DNA of 49,197 nucleotides from Chiloscyllium plagiosum. Lineage: Eukaryota. The notes under the pieces were generated by a model. The model made no database searches. It worked only from the letters and a program-made list of their open reading frames with translations, and was not told the DNA's origin. How positions within the stretch are numbered: position 1 is the stretch's first letter; every line of letters starts with the position of its first letter. The DNA is taken from NCBI RefSeq assembly GCF_004010195.1, contig NC_057719.1, positions 56,459,869-56,509,065 of the forward strand, read 5' to 3'. Position numbers and translations under genes: made by a program. Below, piece after piece: positions 47,881-49,197 of the stretch.

Positions 47881-49197
47881 TAGAACATAGAACATAGAAC
47901 AATACAGCACAGAACAGGCCCTTCGGCCCACGATGTTGTGCCGAACTTCTAACCTAGATTAAGTACCCATCCATGTACCTATCCAAATGCCGCTTAAAGG
48001 TCGCCAATGATTCCGACTCTACCACTCCCACGGGCAGCGCATTCCATGCCCCCACCACTCTCTGGGTAAAGAACCCACCCCTGACATCTCCCCTATACCT
48101 TCCACCCTTCACCTTAAATTTATGTCCCCTTGTAACACTCTGTTGTACCCGGGGAAAAAGTCTCTGACTGTCTACTCTATCTATTCCCCTGATCATCTTA
48201 TAAACCTCTATCAAGTCACCCCTCATCCTTCGCCGTTCCAACGAGAAAAGGCCGAGAACTCTCAACCTATCCTCGTACGACTTCCTCTCCATTCCAGGCA
48301 ACATCCTGGTAAACCTTCTCTGCACCCTCTCCAAAACTTCCACATCTTTCCTAAAGTGAGGCGACCAGAACTGCACACAGTACTCCAACTGTGGCCTAAC
48401 CAAAGTCCTGTACAGCTGCAACATCACTTCACGACTCTTGAATTCAATCCCTCTGCTAATGAACGATAATACTCCAGAGGCCTTCTTACAAACTCTATCC
48501 ACCTGAGTGGCAACCTTCAAAGAACTATGTACATAGACCCCAAGATCCCTCTGTTCCTCCACCTGACTAAGAACCCTACCATTAACCCTGTATTCCGCAT
48601 TCTTATTTGTTCTTCCAAAATGGACAACCTCACACTTGGCAGGGTTGAAATCCATCTGCCACTCCTCAGCCCAGCTCTGCATCATATCTAAGTCCCTCTG
48701 CAGCCGACAACAGCCCTCCTCACTGTCCACAACTCCACCTATCTTCGTATCATCTGCAAATTTACTGACCCACCCTTCGACTCCCTCATCTAAGTCATTA
48801 ATAAAAATTACAAACAGCAGAGGACCCAGAACTGATCCCTGCGGAACTCCACTTGTAACTGGGCTCCAGGCTGAATATTTACCATCTACCACCACTCTCT
48901 GCCTTCGACCGGTTAGCCAGTTTTCTATCCAATTGGCCAAATTTCCCTCTATCCATGCCTCCTGACTTTCCGCATAAGCCTACCATGGGGAACCTTATCA
49001 AATGCCTTACTAAAATCCATGTACACTACATCCACTGCTCTACCCTCATCCACATGCTTGGTCACCTCCTCGAAGAATTCAATAAGACTTGTAAGCCAAG
49101 ACCTACCCTTCACAAATCCGTGCTGGCTGTCCCTAATCAAGCAGTGACCTTCCAGATACTCATAAATCCTATCCCTCACTACCCTTTCCATTACTTT
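47881..49197 (-). mobile_element. Young CR1 LINE, RT domain and 3' end, continuing beyond the window
   Basis: 328-aa open stretch with GVPQGSVLGPLLF and KFADD; upstream YMDFSKAFDKVPH is separated by one frameshift near 48953; (GTTCTAT)n tail at 47881-47900. Confidence 0.95.

Noticed and set aside
36835..49197. Remaining PRORP exons (LLVLGRKH, DDPFLLYA motifs)
   Set aside because: Not found by eye; most likely beyond the window in a long intron, so no truncation or pseudogene is claimed.

Overview
Vertebrate nuclear DNA, almost certainly a shark (inferred from HE1/V-SINEs, abundant CR1 LINEs and the Penelope-like families); no prokaryotic features. It holds the head-to-head gene pair PPP2R3C (first coding exon, - strand, 968-1058) and PRORP/KIAA0391/MRPP3 (mitochondrial RNase P catalytic subunit, + strand, four coding exons at 1385-2355, 4057-4104, 21980-22112, 36727-36834; the remaining exons were not found and presumably lie beyond the window). 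The start codons are only ~330 bp apart. The rest is PRORP intron filled with retroelements: CR1 fragments, a near full-length decayed L1, Tx1-clade 3' ends, tRNA-derived SINEs, an LTR fragment and many Penelope-like (PLE) pieces carrying minimal hammerhead ribozymes and 12-15 bp target-site duplications. There are two N gaps. The most unusual structure is a head-to-tail array of six short Tx1-like retrocopies from two families (4888-8394). Each junction carries the motif CCAAGAGAT, which sits next to the TATA box of an LTR, suggesting repeated sequence-specific insertion into another transposon. Repeat family names come from motif recognition, not database search, and repeat boundaries without a TSD are approximate.
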